A DNA stretch of 55,802 nt from Candidatus Moranbacteria bacterium GW2011_GWE2_36_40 (GCA_000991645.1 LBRX01000005.1:1-55802), one strand, 5' to 3'. Numbered from the stretch's first letter, positions 9,577 to 18,518 are shown. The notes: generated by a model from the sequence alone, not told the origin. Translations and numbers: made by a program.

Positions 9577-10875
9577 CTATTTCAAATCCAAAAGCCATTT
9601 CCAAGCTGGAATTATTTTAATTTTCTTACCGTCAATCTTCCTTTCTTCTTCCTGACTCTCAGTTATGATAAGCCCGGTTTTAAGATTGAATTTTTCCATT
9701 GCTTCCAAGAGTCCATTCAGTTCCCTCTTTTCATTGTTATTATCCAACACTTTTGTGACCTGAATAACTTCAGCAATTTTTGTTCCTCTTTTGATGACGA
9801 AGTCACATTCGTGTTTTCCTTGATGATAATAGATTTCATTTCCAGCATTAAGCAGCCCTAAAAAAACAATATTCTCCAAAAACCGCCCATAATTTTCACT
9901 AAAAGAAAAAGAGACAACATCAATAAATCCATTGTCGATAGCATAAACCTTTTTAGGAAAATTTTCCTGTTTCTTGAGAGAAAACTGATAATTGGTCAAT
10001 TCAAACAAGAGGAATGATTTTTCAAAAAATCCAATGTATTCCTTGATGGTCTTATCATTCATTTTCAAGAATTCAGACAGTGAATTGTAACTGTATTTCT
10101 GACCGATGTTGGAAAGAAGATAGAGTAAAAGATTTTCAATTTCCCTTGTGTTTTTAACGTCAAAGCGAGGAATGATGTCTTGGTAAAGAATATTTTTATA
10201 GTAATTAGCTAAAATCTCATTTCTGATTTCTTTTCTTTTTTCCAAAACTATCTCGGGAAAGCCGCCATGTCGAAGATAATCGGCAAACATTTTTTTCAAC
10301 TTTCCCTCATTTTTTATTTTTTCAATCTTGCCTGTTGTTTCAATTTTTCTCGCCGCAGCCATTTCCCTGAAATCAAAAGGGAATATATTCTTAGCGATAG
10401 ATCTGCCCGAAAGCAATGTTGCCATTTCAGCAGAAAGGAGTTGGGAATTCGAGCCAGTAATGAAAAATTTTATCCCACCTTTTTCATACATACCCTTCAC
10501 AAAAACCTGCCAATCGGAAAAAAATTGCACTTCATCCAGAAAAACATAGATCTGCCCTTTTGGTTCCATAAGAGCAAGATATTCTTCAAAAATCTTGCGC
10601 AGATTGTCAGGGTCATTTTTGAACTGATTGAGCAAGGTGGATTCCAGATTAAGAAACAGGATATTTTTTGGATCAACTTTTTTTTCTTTTATCAAGAAAC
10701 TTATCAGCTGTTTGGCAATCGTGGATTTTCCACATCGTCTGACGCCAATCAATGCCACTATTTGCCTGACATTTACAAACTTGACAAGCTCTGCCATCGC
10801 CAAGCGCGGAACTCCCATGTCTGCAAGATTTCCTTCCCAATGGGCATTTTGTTGAACAATGAATTTTTCAAACAT
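9577..10875 (-). CDS. AAA+ ATPase (AAA_14-like) with DUF4143-like C-terminal domain
   Basis: Walker A GVRRCGKST; Walker B YVFLDEVQ; C-terminal ECDFVI...IQVTK motif. C-terminal IIPAWKWLLDLK is shared with the ATPase at 35177. Confidence 0.8.
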   Translation of the reverse strand: MFEKFIVQQNAHWEGNLADMGVPRLAMAELVKFVNVRQIVALIGVRRCGKSTIAKQLISFLIKEKKVDPKNILFLNLESTLLNQFKNDPDNLRKIFEEYLALMEPKGQIYVFLDEVQFFSDWQVFVKGMYEKGGIKFFITGSNSQLLSAEMATLLSGRSIAKNIFPFDFREMAAARKIETTGKIEKIKNEGKLKKMFADYLRHGGFPEIVLEKRKEIRNEILANYYKNILYQDIIPRFDVKNTREIENLLLYLLSNIGQKYSYNSLSEFLKMNDKTIKEYIGFFEKSFLLFELTNYQFSLKKQENFPKKVYAIDNGFIDVVSFSFSENYGRFLENIVFLGLLNAGNEIYYHQGKHECDFVIKRGTKIAEVIQVTKVLDNNNEKRELNGLLEAMEKFNLKTGLIITESQEEERKIDGKKIKIIPAWKWLLDLK

Positions 10876-10910
10876 ATTATTGCATTACGAATTAATATCA
10901 ATTTATTCGT

Positions 10911-10939
10911 ATTGTACTGCGAATAAATTGATATGTCAA
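10911..10939 (-). promoter_or_regulatory. Sigma70-like promoter of the ATPase at 10875
   Basis: Minus strand TTGACA-N17-TACAAT, 36 nt upstream of the ATG. It is overlapped by a perfect 15-bp inverted repeat (10895-10909 / 10920-10934). Confidence 0.5.
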
Positions 10940-11053
10940 GCATTCGAAGGTACTTATTTTATCGTATTTTTATCCATTTCTAATGTATATTAATGATATA
11001 TTTTATACATTACTAATGTATACTATTTGCATAATTTTACCAACAACACATTT

Positions 11054-11095
11054 TTACATCACGCTTAGTCTGCTTGGTTCCGCTGAAGCTGTGAC
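11054..11095 (-). repeat. L-box: orphan coding 3' end ...VTASAEPSRLSVM-stop(TAA)
   Basis: The minus strand reads gcggaaccaagcagactaagcgtgatgtaa. Homologous to the true 3' ends of the CDSs at 12672 and 19879. Confidence 0.75.
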
Positions 11096-11098
11096 TAA

Positions 11099-11131
11099 CG
11101 GAGTCCGACTCCGATTCGGAGTCGGACTCCG
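11099..11131. repeat. H2 palindrome
   Basis: Identical to 9384-9416. Confidence 0.9.
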
Positions 11132-11140
11132 GGGATAGGG

Positions 11141-11226
11141 AAACGACCCGATTTCTTGGGCGGAAAGGGCGCGGAACGTACAGCAGTGAAACTGCTAACG
11201 TTCCGAGGTTGTAGATGCGGACTTCA
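11141..11226 (-). pseudogene. R-box: LamG C-terminal fragment, truncated, with H1 insert
   Basis: SEVRIYN-[H1]-RALSAQEIGS, then fused to H2. Confidence 0.75.
11173..11204. repeat. H1 hairpin element
   Basis: Same sequence and orientation as 9504-9535. Confidence 0.85.
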
Positions 11227-11360
11227 GAACGTTGGCGGCCATTTTTTAATTCAGCTTATCCCATTAATCACACATGCTTTTATCAATTATCTTAATCTTC
11301 TGAATTCGAGCCGCCTATGTTCCGAGTCGATCTATCTAAATTCTTTTAAAATTGATTTAA

Positions 11361-12581
11361 TCAAACCATCCAAGCAGGATATACTTTCGCATTTTTCGTG
11401 TCACCATTAGTTTTCAAGCAAGCAAACGCAATATCAATTTGAGAATATGCTTTTTTGAAGCTTAAGACTGAATTTGAATTAGCATTTTTGAAAGTGGTTT
11501 TAACCTCCAGTGCCAGCATTTTTTGATTTTCCAATTGTAAGACAAAATCAATTTCATTTTTTTTCTTGTCTCGCCAAAAATTGAATTCATATCCGCCCTT
11601 GACCAATTGCATAAACATTGCATTTTCCAAGAGATGTCCCGCATCAATTCGGTCTTCCAATTTTCGAAAATCATTAATAATTATATTTCTAAGTCCACAG
11701 TCAAAAAAATATGTTTTCGGATTTTTCACAATCTCGGTCCGCTTGTTTTTATAATATGGCCTAACCAAACTGCAGATAAAAGTTTTTTCCAAAAAATTGA
11801 GGTATTTCTTTAGTGTCGGGTAGGAAAATTCCGAAATCTTCCCGAGTTCAGCATATTCAATCAAATCCCCTATTTGCAAAGCCAAAGCCTTGATCAATTT
11901 TTCTAATTTGTAATCATCAATGAGTCCCAAGATGTCACGCACTTCACGCAAAAAATATGTATTATAAATATTTTTCAAAACTTCTTTTTTTTCTTCTTCG
12001 TCTTTTGCCAAGACTACTCGAGGATAACCACCGAAAAGAGCATACTCCTGATAATAATGTTTTAGTTTTTCATTAACATCTTCGCCAACTTTTGAAATTC
12101 CCAATTGTTTGAAAACCAGATTTTCTTTTCCTAAAATACCGACGAGGGACTTATCCCTATAGTCCAAAAATTCTTCAAAATCAAAAGGCTGCAACTGGAA
12201 AATGAAAATCCTGCCGACCAAAAATTTGAGCGCATTGACTGTCATGTCAATGGCGGACGAGCCGGAAATGAAAATCTTGATTTTGTGCTCATCAAAAATA
12301 TATTTCAATTTTTTGCCGCCGTTTTTGGCATATTGAAATTCATCAATGAAAAGATATTTTTTATCCTTAACATACAATTCAATAAAATCATCAATGTTTT
12401 TGTTGAACATATTTAGCGCGGAACGATCTTCAAAATTGACCCTGGAAACATTTTCCAGCTTGTCTAAAATATTTCCAAGCATGGTGGATTTTCCACATTG
12501 GCGCGGGCCCACCACAGCAATGATTTCAGGAGAATCCAAATACTTTAGAATCTTACCCTCTAATTTTCGCTTAATATACAT
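11361..12581 (-). CDS. AAA+ ATPase with DUF4143-like C-terminal domain
   Basis: Walker A GPRQCGKST; Walker B YLFIDEFQ; C-terminal EIDFVL...LEVKT motif. Confidence 0.8.
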   Translation of the reverse strand: MYIKRKLEGKILKYLDSPEIIAVVGPRQCGKSTMLGNILDKLENVSRVNFEDRSALNMFNKNIDDFIELYVKDKKYLFIDEFQYAKNGGKKLKYIFDEHKIKIFISGSSAIDMTVNALKFLVGRIFIFQLQPFDFEEFLDYRDKSLVGILGKENLVFKQLGISKVGEDVNEKLKHYYQEYALFGGYPRVVLAKDEEEKKEVLKNIYNTYFLREVRDILGLIDDYKLEKLIKALALQIGDLIEYAELGKISEFSYPTLKKYLNFLEKTFICSLVRPYYKNKRTEIVKNPKTYFFDCGLRNIIINDFRKLEDRIDAGHLLENAMFMQLVKGGYEFNFWRDKKKNEIDFVLQLENQKMLALEVKTTFKNANSNSVLSFKKAYSQIDIAFACLKTNGDTKNAKVYPAWMV

Positions 12582-12620
12582 GTTTTTTAAGTATTAATAC
12601 TATAATTTAACTATGTTTTA

Positions 12621-12648
12621 ATTATAGTTCAACCAAAATTAAAGTCAA
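12621..12648 (-). promoter_or_regulatory. Sigma70-like promoter of the ATPase at 12581
   Basis: Minus strand TTGACT-N16-TATAAT, located between the L-box stop (12672) and the ATG. Confidence 0.5.
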
Positions 12649-12671
12649 GTTCAACTTAGTTTCCCGCATTT

Positions 12672-13802
12672 TCACATCACGCTCAACCCGCTTGGTGCAC
12701 TGGGTGCAACAAGATCAACTGCACTACTGCCAAATATTATAGAATATCCATACACATTAAAATCACCAGCTGCATCAATCACATACAAATAAGCTGTAGA
12801 ATTATCCAGAAAAGTTCCTTGATTGACCTTGAACTCTATTTGCTCATTGCTCCAATTGTTCTGAGGAATTTGCACTTCACAATGAGATCTGCTTGCCCAC
12901 ACACTTCCTGAACAAATTTCCAGTCTTGCTTGGGTATTGTCCACATAAAGATCATCCAGCCATATTTCATGAATATCTCCATCGAGAGTATTGGTATGCA
13001 TCAGTCCAAGAATGATGCCAGCGTGTTTAAATGTTTCTCCTGCCAATCTTGTTATTGCGTTTAAATTTTTATGATTATAACTATTAGAGTAATCAACATT
13101 ACTATCATCATTGTCAATATTTTCCCATATTTGACCATCAGTAATCCCTGGAGTGGATAATTTTTTATACATATCAATACGATGCCAATTTTCATCTCTT
13201 ATTCCAAGAGGGTTATCGATTGGCTGATAATATGTAAAACCTCTCACATCTGGCGAGGACATGGTTCCAATAGGCGATGGCCCAGGATCATATAAAGGCG
13301 CATTATCACTAAAGCCTCCCATGCCTGGACCATTATATGCCTGACCAGTTCCAACTATTCTCGTGTTTTTCCATTGGCCGTAAATTGTATTTCCAGCCTT
13401 ATGATATTTTGTAACATAAGAAACATATGTTTCGTCTATTTCGACTGGAAAAAAATAGTTACTCGTGCTTTCTCCATCTGGAGATGTATAATTATATGTC
13501 TGATAGGCTGCCAAATTGCCAGAATAATGCTGCTTACTATTAAAAAGACCCCCGTTGCCCTTGTACGCCACCCAAGGTGAAACGGTCGGTAGGGCTGCGC
13601 CAGCAACACCATTTTCAAAATCAGACCAGAGCATTGGAGCAACTGGATATTTTACTCCAAAATCAATTCCAGTAACTATGACTATTGCTGAATTAACAAA
13701 AGTGCCATTTACAGAGTCAATATCTGGAGCAGCAAAAACATTTTTGCAAAAAACAAAATTGAGAACCAAAAACAATGATACTACTATGATTTGTTTTTTC
13801 AT
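12672..13802 (-). CDS. Secreted hypothetical protein A ending in the L-box (…APSAPSGLSVM-stop)
   Basis: 376 aa; signal peptide MKKQIIVVSLFLVLNFVFCKNVFAAP. The last 9 codons are the L-box consensus gcaccaagcgggttgagcgtgatgtga. Confidence 0.75.
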   Translation of the reverse strand: MKKQIIVVSLFLVLNFVFCKNVFAAPDIDSVNGTFVNSAIVIVTGIDFGVKYPVAPMLWSDFENGVAGAALPTVSPWVAYKGNGGLFNSKQHYSGNLAAYQTYNYTSPDGESTSNYFFPVEIDETYVSYVTKYHKAGNTIYGQWKNTRIVGTGQAYNGPGMGGFSDNAPLYDPGPSPIGTMSSPDVRGFTYYQPIDNPLGIRDENWHRIDMYKKLSTPGITDGQIWENIDNDDSNVDYSNSYNHKNLNAITRLAGETFKHAGIILGLMHTNTLDGDIHEIWLDDLYVDNTQARLEICSGSVWASRSHCEVQIPQNNWSNEQIEFKVNQGTFLDNSTAYLYVIDAAGDFNVYGYSIIFGSSAVDLVAPSAPSGLSVM

Positions 13803-13865
13803 TCTTATTTGATTAATTACAAAAAATTTTTAATTTATTTATTTTCTAATCGTTGTCGTGCCCGT

Positions 13866-13949
13866 TTTCCTAACTTCAATCTGTCCAAGATGATAAAGTT
13901 GAACGATTTCACTGGCGGAAAGGGCGCGGCTTCCGATGCGGACTTCATT
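13866..13949 (-). pseudogene. R-box: LamG C-terminal fragment without H1
   Basis: The minus strand reads NEVRIGSRALSASEIVQLYHLGQIEVRK. Confidence 0.75.
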
Positions 13950-13954
13950 AAAAT

Positions 13955-13982
13955 TCACATCACAGCGAGATTGGTTGGTGCT
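13955..13982 (-). repeat. L-box variant, 5 nt upstream of an R-box (cargo-free L|R junction)
   Basis: The minus strand reads gcaccaaccaatctcgctgtgatgtga, then atttt, then aatgaagtccgc. Confidence 0.7.
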
Positions 13983-14007
13983 GCGAGAGCTGCGCGGTCG
14001 GAAGAAG

Positions 14008-15348
14008 CTAATCAATAAAATCGAAACTCCGATTCACCAGATAAAACGGCAATGAAATGAGTTTGCGTTTTTTGCCGGCAACCAAAACTGAGTCTTCTTG
14101 CAATTGTCCACCATAAATTCTGATAAGCTTGCTATTCTCCACACTATCAGCAAAACTTAGAAGTGACTTGAGTCGCGCTGAACTTCCCGATTTTACTTCA
14201 ATGCCTAGTATTTTCCCCTGATGAGCCAAACAAAAATCGACTTCCGCACTGCCATTTGTTTTTTCTTTCGCCCAATAGAAAAGATCCAGCTCGCTGTGCA
14301 ACCCACTAGCGATAATATTTTGCCCCACGATCTGTTCTGCAATTTTTCCTCGATATAAGTCGTTCAAATCATTTATTTTCAGATATTCGGATTGAATATT
14401 ATTCTTGAAATTGATAAAACCACTATCCAAAAACAGGAGTTTTTTGGCTCGTTTTTTTTGTCCAACCAATGGCAGATTGAGTGATTTTGTGGCATTAATT
14501 TGCTGTACAATCATGGTTTTTTCCAGCACATCAAAAGCCTCACTCATTTCCCTGCTTCTAAAATTTCCGTCTCCAAATTTTTCATAGGTAATCCGCTCGC
14601 CAGCCGAATATGGCGATTGCTCCAAAACATGTCGCAAATATTTCACTTGAGCTGATTTTGAATATTTATAAACGTCTTCACTATAGGCTGTCAGCAGCGA
14701 AGCATACGTAGTATTCAAATCTTGCTGGGATTTTTTTTCAGCGTACATCGAGACAATTTCCGGCATGCCTCCAACCATCGCGTACTCATAAAACAATTTT
14801 AGCGCGCGCTTGTGCAGCGCCTCGGGAATTTTTTCTTTCAGAGTAACCTTCTTCAAGAAATCCAAAAGTTTCTCTTCGCCAACAGCTCCCAAAAATTCAA
14901 AAAAAGTCAGCGGATAAACATAGACATATTCGACTCTGCCAACTGGCATGGACAATCCTTCTTTTTTTATTTTAACTTCCAACAGTGAGCCGGCTGCAAT
15001 TACATGTAGATCAGGTTTTTCTTCATAAAAAAATCTTAGCAACGAAACCAGATTCGGAGTATTTTGAATTTCATCAATAAAAACCAGTGTCCTACCCGGC
15101 ACAATTTTTTGCCCCAAGACAATGTCTACTATTTTTTCAAATTCTTCCACGGATTTAACCTCGCTAAACATTTCATAGTGCTCGGCTTTTTCCAAATTTA
15201 TATCCACGAAATTTTCAAAATGTTGCCCAGCAAAAGCCGTGACAGCATAAGTTTTGCCAACTTGCCTTGCACCACGCAAAACAAGGGGTTTTCTGCCACT
15301 TTTAAGCTTCCACTCAGCCAAATATTCCAAAATATCTCGATTAAACAT
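14008..15348 (-). CDS. AAA+ ATPase with DUF4143-like C-terminal domain
   Basis: Walker A GARQVGKTY; Walker B LVFIDEIQ; C-terminal EVDFCL...IEVKS motif. Confidence 0.8.
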   Translation of the reverse strand: MFNRDILEYLAEWKLKSGRKPLVLRGARQVGKTYAVTAFAGQHFENFVDINLEKAEHYEMFSEVKSVEEFEKIVDIVLGQKIVPGRTLVFIDEIQNTPNLVSLLRFFYEEKPDLHVIAAGSLLEVKIKKEGLSMPVGRVEYVYVYPLTFFEFLGAVGEEKLLDFLKKVTLKEKIPEALHKRALKLFYEYAMVGGMPEIVSMYAEKKSQQDLNTTYASLLTAYSEDVYKYSKSAQVKYLRHVLEQSPYSAGERITYEKFGDGNFRSREMSEAFDVLEKTMIVQQINATKSLNLPLVGQKKRAKKLLFLDSGFINFKNNIQSEYLKINDLNDLYRGKIAEQIVGQNIIASGLHSELDLFYWAKEKTNGSAEVDFCLAHQGKILGIEVKSGSSARLKSLLSFADSVENSKLIRIYGGQLQEDSVLVAGKKRKLISLPFYLVNRSFDFID

Positions 15349-15387
15349 AGTGCTAGTTTGTTACAAGTTATGTCATATTATAGTGCC

Positions 15388-15416
15388 AGTTTATAACATG
15401 ATATGTATATTGTCAA
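15388..15416 (-). promoter_or_regulatory. Sigma70-like promoter of the ATPase at 15348
   Basis: Minus strand TTGACA-N17-TAAACT. Confidence 0.4.
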
Positions 15417-15456
15417 GTGTCCTCATCAGCGCAACCTCAGCGGTTTCCAATCACGT

Positions 15457-15509
15457 GAAATCATTTTAATCATGCCTGCCCCGTTAAAGCGAAGCTTTTT
15501 TACGGGGTG
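15457..15509 (-). repeat. H4 leader repeat (about 53 nt)
   Basis: gaaatcattttaatcatgcctgccccgttaaagcgaagcttttttacggggtg, containing a CCCCGT...ACGGGG stem. Second copy at 16966-17019. Confidence 0.7.
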
Positions 15510-15530
15510 ATAATCAGTGGTTCTGACGCT

Positions 15531-15575
15531 CTACATCACACTCAGCCCGCTTGGTGCAGTAGGGGCTGTGGCGTC
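15531..15575 (-). repeat. L-box: orphan ...DATAPTAPSGLSVM-stop(TAG)
   Basis: The minus strand reads gcaccaagcgggctgagtgtgatgtag. Confidence 0.75.
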
Positions 15576-15600
15576 TGGAAGTGCTCAATCAAAACTAAAT

Positions 15601-16293
15601 TCACTTTTGAGCGATCAAAAAATCCAACAGTCCCAGCAATTCATTTTTCAATTCATTCTTGACCCATTGTTTTCTTTTTTCATCCAACAATTCTCCCAAG
15701 CCCTCCAAAATGCCATTTTTCAATTCCTTTTTCTCAAGGAAGTTTTTCAAAAAAATCAAAAATTCTTTTTCGTTTTTGCCAGTTCTCTCAAAAATTATCT
15801 TATCGTTAAATGTCACGTTTTTTTTGAGAAAGAAAAAAATATCATAAAAATCTCGATTTGCTGTCCGCTTTCTTTCCGTCGAGGCAACAAATTTGTGAGC
15901 GAAGGCATCTTCCAATTTCAAAACCTTAACATCGGTGCCATAAAAATTCTTGATTTCATATGAATTTTGAGGCCAAATCTTTTTTGAAATTTCAATCTTG
16001 ACTCCATGTTCACCCTCGCCATAGCTAAGCAGAAAGAAAATATTATTATATTTGTCCATTTCGTCCTTGATCGTGCCATAATCCAAAAGAATTTGCCTGA
16101 CAACCTCAGAAACGAATTCATTCTTGCTCTCATCAAGCAAATCAAAATCCAGATCGACAGAAAAACGGTCGAGTTGATGAAAGAAATAAAACATCGTTCC
16201 GCCCTTAAAACCAAGATATGCGCCAGCTGGAGATTTGTAAATATCGGTCAGCAAATTGAAAAGGATTTGCCTGTGTCTTTGAACATTCAACAT
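15601..16293 (-). CDS. abiEii: Nucleotidyltransferase AbiEii/AbiGii-family toxin
   Basis: N-terminal FKGGTMFYFFHQLDRFSVDLDFDLL motif. Starts 3 nt after the AbiEi-like ORF ends. Confidence 0.75.
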   Translation of the reverse strand: MLNVQRHRQILFNLLTDIYKSPAGAYLGFKGGTMFYFFHQLDRFSVDLDFDLLDESKNEFVSEVVRQILLDYGTIKDEMDKYNNIFFLLSYGEGEHGVKIEISKKIWPQNSYEIKNFYGTDVKVLKLEDAFAHKFVASTERKRTANRDFYDIFFFLKKNVTFNDKIIFERTGKNEKEFLIFLKNFLEKKELKNGILEGLGELLDEKRKQWVKNELKNELLGLLDFLIAQK

Positions 16294-16295
16294 AA

Positions 16296-16865
16296 TTATT
16301 TGTTTTTAACTTCACTAATTAAGGCGGCAATTTCTTTTTGCACCCGCAAATTATATATTTTCGATATCACTGAAAGTTTTTCAAGATTTATACCTCGTAA
16401 ATTATCAAAATAATAGTCAGCTGAAAAATAGACACGGTCGCACAGAGCGCGCTCAACCGTCGCGATTCTTGCTTGCCCCAAGTCCGCGATGCCCAGCGGA
16501 TTCATAAGCAGCTTGTCGTCCAATTTCAAATAGCAAAAAGTGTCGCTGCCGATTTTTCTTGAAAAAGAATTGTTAGAAACCGAAAACACAGTGTTATTGT
16601 AATCCTGGAAAATTACCCCATCTTTTTGCAGCACCGTTTCCAAACTGACATATGACGGGGTTTTCAATTTATTAGCAAGTTCATATTTATTGATTTTTTC
16701 GCTGATAGAATACAATCCCCTGCTTATCCTAAAAATTTCCCCGCGTGCAAAGAGCCTGCTTGCCACAAGTTTGAGATAATCTTTATTTTCAATGCACCAG
16801 ATTTTTCCCAAATCCTCAAGGGAAAAAATGGTCTTATTACTGGCGATTAGTTGTTTTAAATACAT
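16296..16865 (-). CDS. abiEi: AbiEi-family type IV antitoxin / transcriptional regulator
   Basis: 189 aa; N-terminal wHTH-like LVASRLFARGEIFRISRGLYSI. Paired immediately upstream of the AbiEii-like gene. Confidence 0.65.
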   Translation of the reverse strand: MYLKQLIASNKTIFSLEDLGKIWCIENKDYLKLVASRLFARGEIFRISRGLYSISEKINKYELANKLKTPSYVSLETVLQKDGVIFQDYNNTVFSVSNNSFSRKIGSDTFCYLKLDDKLLMNPLGIADLGQARIATVERALCDRVYFSADYYFDNLRGINLEKLSVISKIYNLRVQKEIAALISEVKNK

Positions 16866-16907
16866 ATGTCATCTAAAGGTTATCATATTTGATTACTTAC
16901 TAATGAT

Positions 16908-16936
16908 ATTGTAGCATATTAGCGATATGCCGTCAA
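16908..16936 (-). promoter_or_regulatory. Sigma70-like promoter of the abiEi-abiEii pair
   Basis: Minus strand TTGACG-N17-TACAAT. Confidence 0.5.
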
Positions 16937-16965
16937 GCTTAGCTCCTTTTGGAATTTTTATCCAG

Positions 16966-17019
16966 GAAATCATTTTAATCATGCCTGCCCCGTTAAAAGC
17001 AAAACTTTCTTATGGAGTG
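16966..17019 (-). repeat. H4 leader repeat, second copy
   Basis: gaaatcattttaatcatgcctgccccgttaaaagcaaaactttcttatggagtg. Confidence 0.7.
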
Positions 17020-17081
17020 CAAATCTGTAGTTCGCATTTTACTTTACAAACTTTATGAACTTTCCAACTTTATGAACTCAT

Positions 17082-17123
17082 TTACATCACACTCAACCCG
17101 ATTGGTTCCGCTGAAGCTGTGAC
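17082..17123 (-). repeat. L-box: orphan ...VTASAEPIGLSVM-stop(TAA)
   Basis: The minus strand reads gcggaaccaatcgggttgagtgtgatgtaa. Confidence 0.75.
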
Positions 17124-17126
17124 TGA

Positions 17127-17159
17127 CGGAGTCCGACTCCGATTCGGAGTCGGACTCCG
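17127..17159. repeat. H2 palindrome
   Basis: Identical to 9384-9416. Confidence 0.9.
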
Positions 17160-17185
17160 GGGATGCCTGGGGATGTTTCGTGTAG

Positions 17186-17310
17186 CTATTTCCGCACTTC
17201 AATCTTGCCGGTGTTGTAGAGATTGGAAATTTCCCGGGCGGAAAGGGCTTGGAACGTACAGCAGTGAAACTGCTAACGTTCCGCGGTTGTAGATGCGAAC
17301 TTCGTCGATA
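17186..17310 (-). pseudogene. R-box: LamG C-terminal fragment with H1 insert
   Basis: IDEVRIYNR-[34 nt]-ALSAREISNLYNTGKIEVRK-stop. It begins 4 nt after the ATPase stop codon. Confidence 0.8.
17251..17282. repeat. H1 hairpin element
   Basis: Forward interior; flanks gggctt / gcggttgta. Confidence 0.85.
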
Positions 17311-17313
17311 TTA

Positions 17314-18471
17314 TCAATGCTTAAGATTAAGCCCAAGCAAAAAGTCTTCACATGGAACAATTTGCACGCCACGCCTCAGCAGTTTTTCTTTTCCACGATA
17401 CAAAACATACGTTTTACATTCAGGATAATCTTCTTTGAATGTCCGCAAGGATCGCAAATCGCTTTCACTTATTTTGGCAGCATTTTTCACTTCGATAGCC
17501 CAAAAAACATTTGGACCGTAAACCACAAAATCAACTTCACTTCCGGAGCGCGTGCGCCAAAAATAGATTTTATTTTTTTCTCCAGTGTATGAATTCCACG
17601 CAGTTAAATGTTGCAAAACCAAGCCTTCCAAGGCCGCTCCAGATATTTCCTCAGACTTGTCCAGCGGACCAGAAGGGCGAAGAGAGCGAAAGACGCCAGC
17701 ATCAAAAAAATAAAATTTATTGTGCGAGATAAGTTCCCTCTTTGCACGCTTGGAAAAAACAGGCAAACGACATGAAAGCAAAAGATCTTCCAAGATGCTT
17801 ACATAATTTTCAACAACTTTTCTTTCCACTTGGCAATCACGGGCAACATTACTGATGTTCAAAACTGAAGCGTGCGAAAAACTGATTGCCTCCAAAAAAC
17901 GCGAGAAATTCCCGATGTTGCGCACAAGTCCTTCCGCTTGCACTTCTTCAGTGACATACAGCGAAGCATATGCTTTCAATACACTATCTTTGTCATTCGA
18001 TTTAAAAACCAAGGGAAGCAGTCCATTTTCCAAAGCCTCGGCAAGCTTGAATTTGTCTTTCAATTCTGCCGCCATAAATGGATGCAAATCGCGCTTCACT
18101 GCCCGGCCAGCCAAAAGATCGACTCCTGTCCTTTTCAACTTACGCGAACTTGAACCAGTCAGGATAAACCTAAGGCCAAGTTTTTTTTCAATCAGGGCAT
18201 GCACGACATCAAGCAGTTCGGGAATTTTTTGCACTTCGTCTATGACCACGTCCTTTTTTTCAGGATTTCCTAAAACCAGTTCTTCCAAGCGCTCAGGCCG
18301 GGCGCTATAAAGACGAAAAGTCTCAGGATCAAGCAAGTCCAACCAAAGAGCATTTTCAAAATGCGCTTTGAGCCAAGTTGATTTCCCTGTTCCGCGCGGA
18401 CCAAAGAGAAAAAAACTTTGCTTTGGGGGCGTAAAAAATCTTGGAATTATCAATTTCATATTGAGTCTCAT
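17314..18471 (-). CDS. AAA+ ATPase with DUF4143-like C-terminal domain (divergent subfamily)
   Basis: Walker A GPRGTGKST; Walker B VVIDEVQ; C-terminal EVDFVV...IEVKN motif. Confidence 0.8.
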   Translation of the reverse strand: MRLNMKLIIPRFFTPPKQSFFLFGPRGTGKSTWLKAHFENALWLDLLDPETFRLYSARPERLEELVLGNPEKKDVVIDEVQKIPELLDVVHALIEKKLGLRFILTGSSSRKLKRTGVDLLAGRAVKRDLHPFMAAELKDKFKLAEALENGLLPLVFKSNDKDSVLKAYASLYVTEEVQAEGLVRNIGNFSRFLEAISFSHASVLNISNVARDCQVERKVVENYVSILEDLLLSCRLPVFSKRAKRELISHNKFYFFDAGVFRSLRPSGPLDKSEEISGAALEGLVLQHLTAWNSYTGEKNKIYFWRTRSGSEVDFVVYGPNVFWAIEVKNAAKISESDLRSLRTFKEDYPECKTYVLYRGKEKLLRRGVQIVPCEDFLLGLNLKH

Positions 18472-18489
18472 TATGGAATTAGTAACTCC

Positions 18490-18518
18490 ATAATACAGCT
18501 TACGTATTTTTCTGTCAA
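18490..18518 (-). promoter_or_regulatory. Sigma70-like promoter of the ATPase at 18471
   Basis: Minus strand TTGACA-N17-TATTAT, starting 8 nt after the L-box stop. Confidence 0.5.

Noticed and set aside
10267-10926. 219-aa plus-strand ORF, and similar ones at 15517-15963, 16006-16413 and 53768-54520
   Set aside because: They lie entirely antisense to well-supported minus-strand genes (ATPase, AbiEii, gyrB). They have low-complexity F/I/K-rich composition typical of shadow ORFs in AT-rich DNA.
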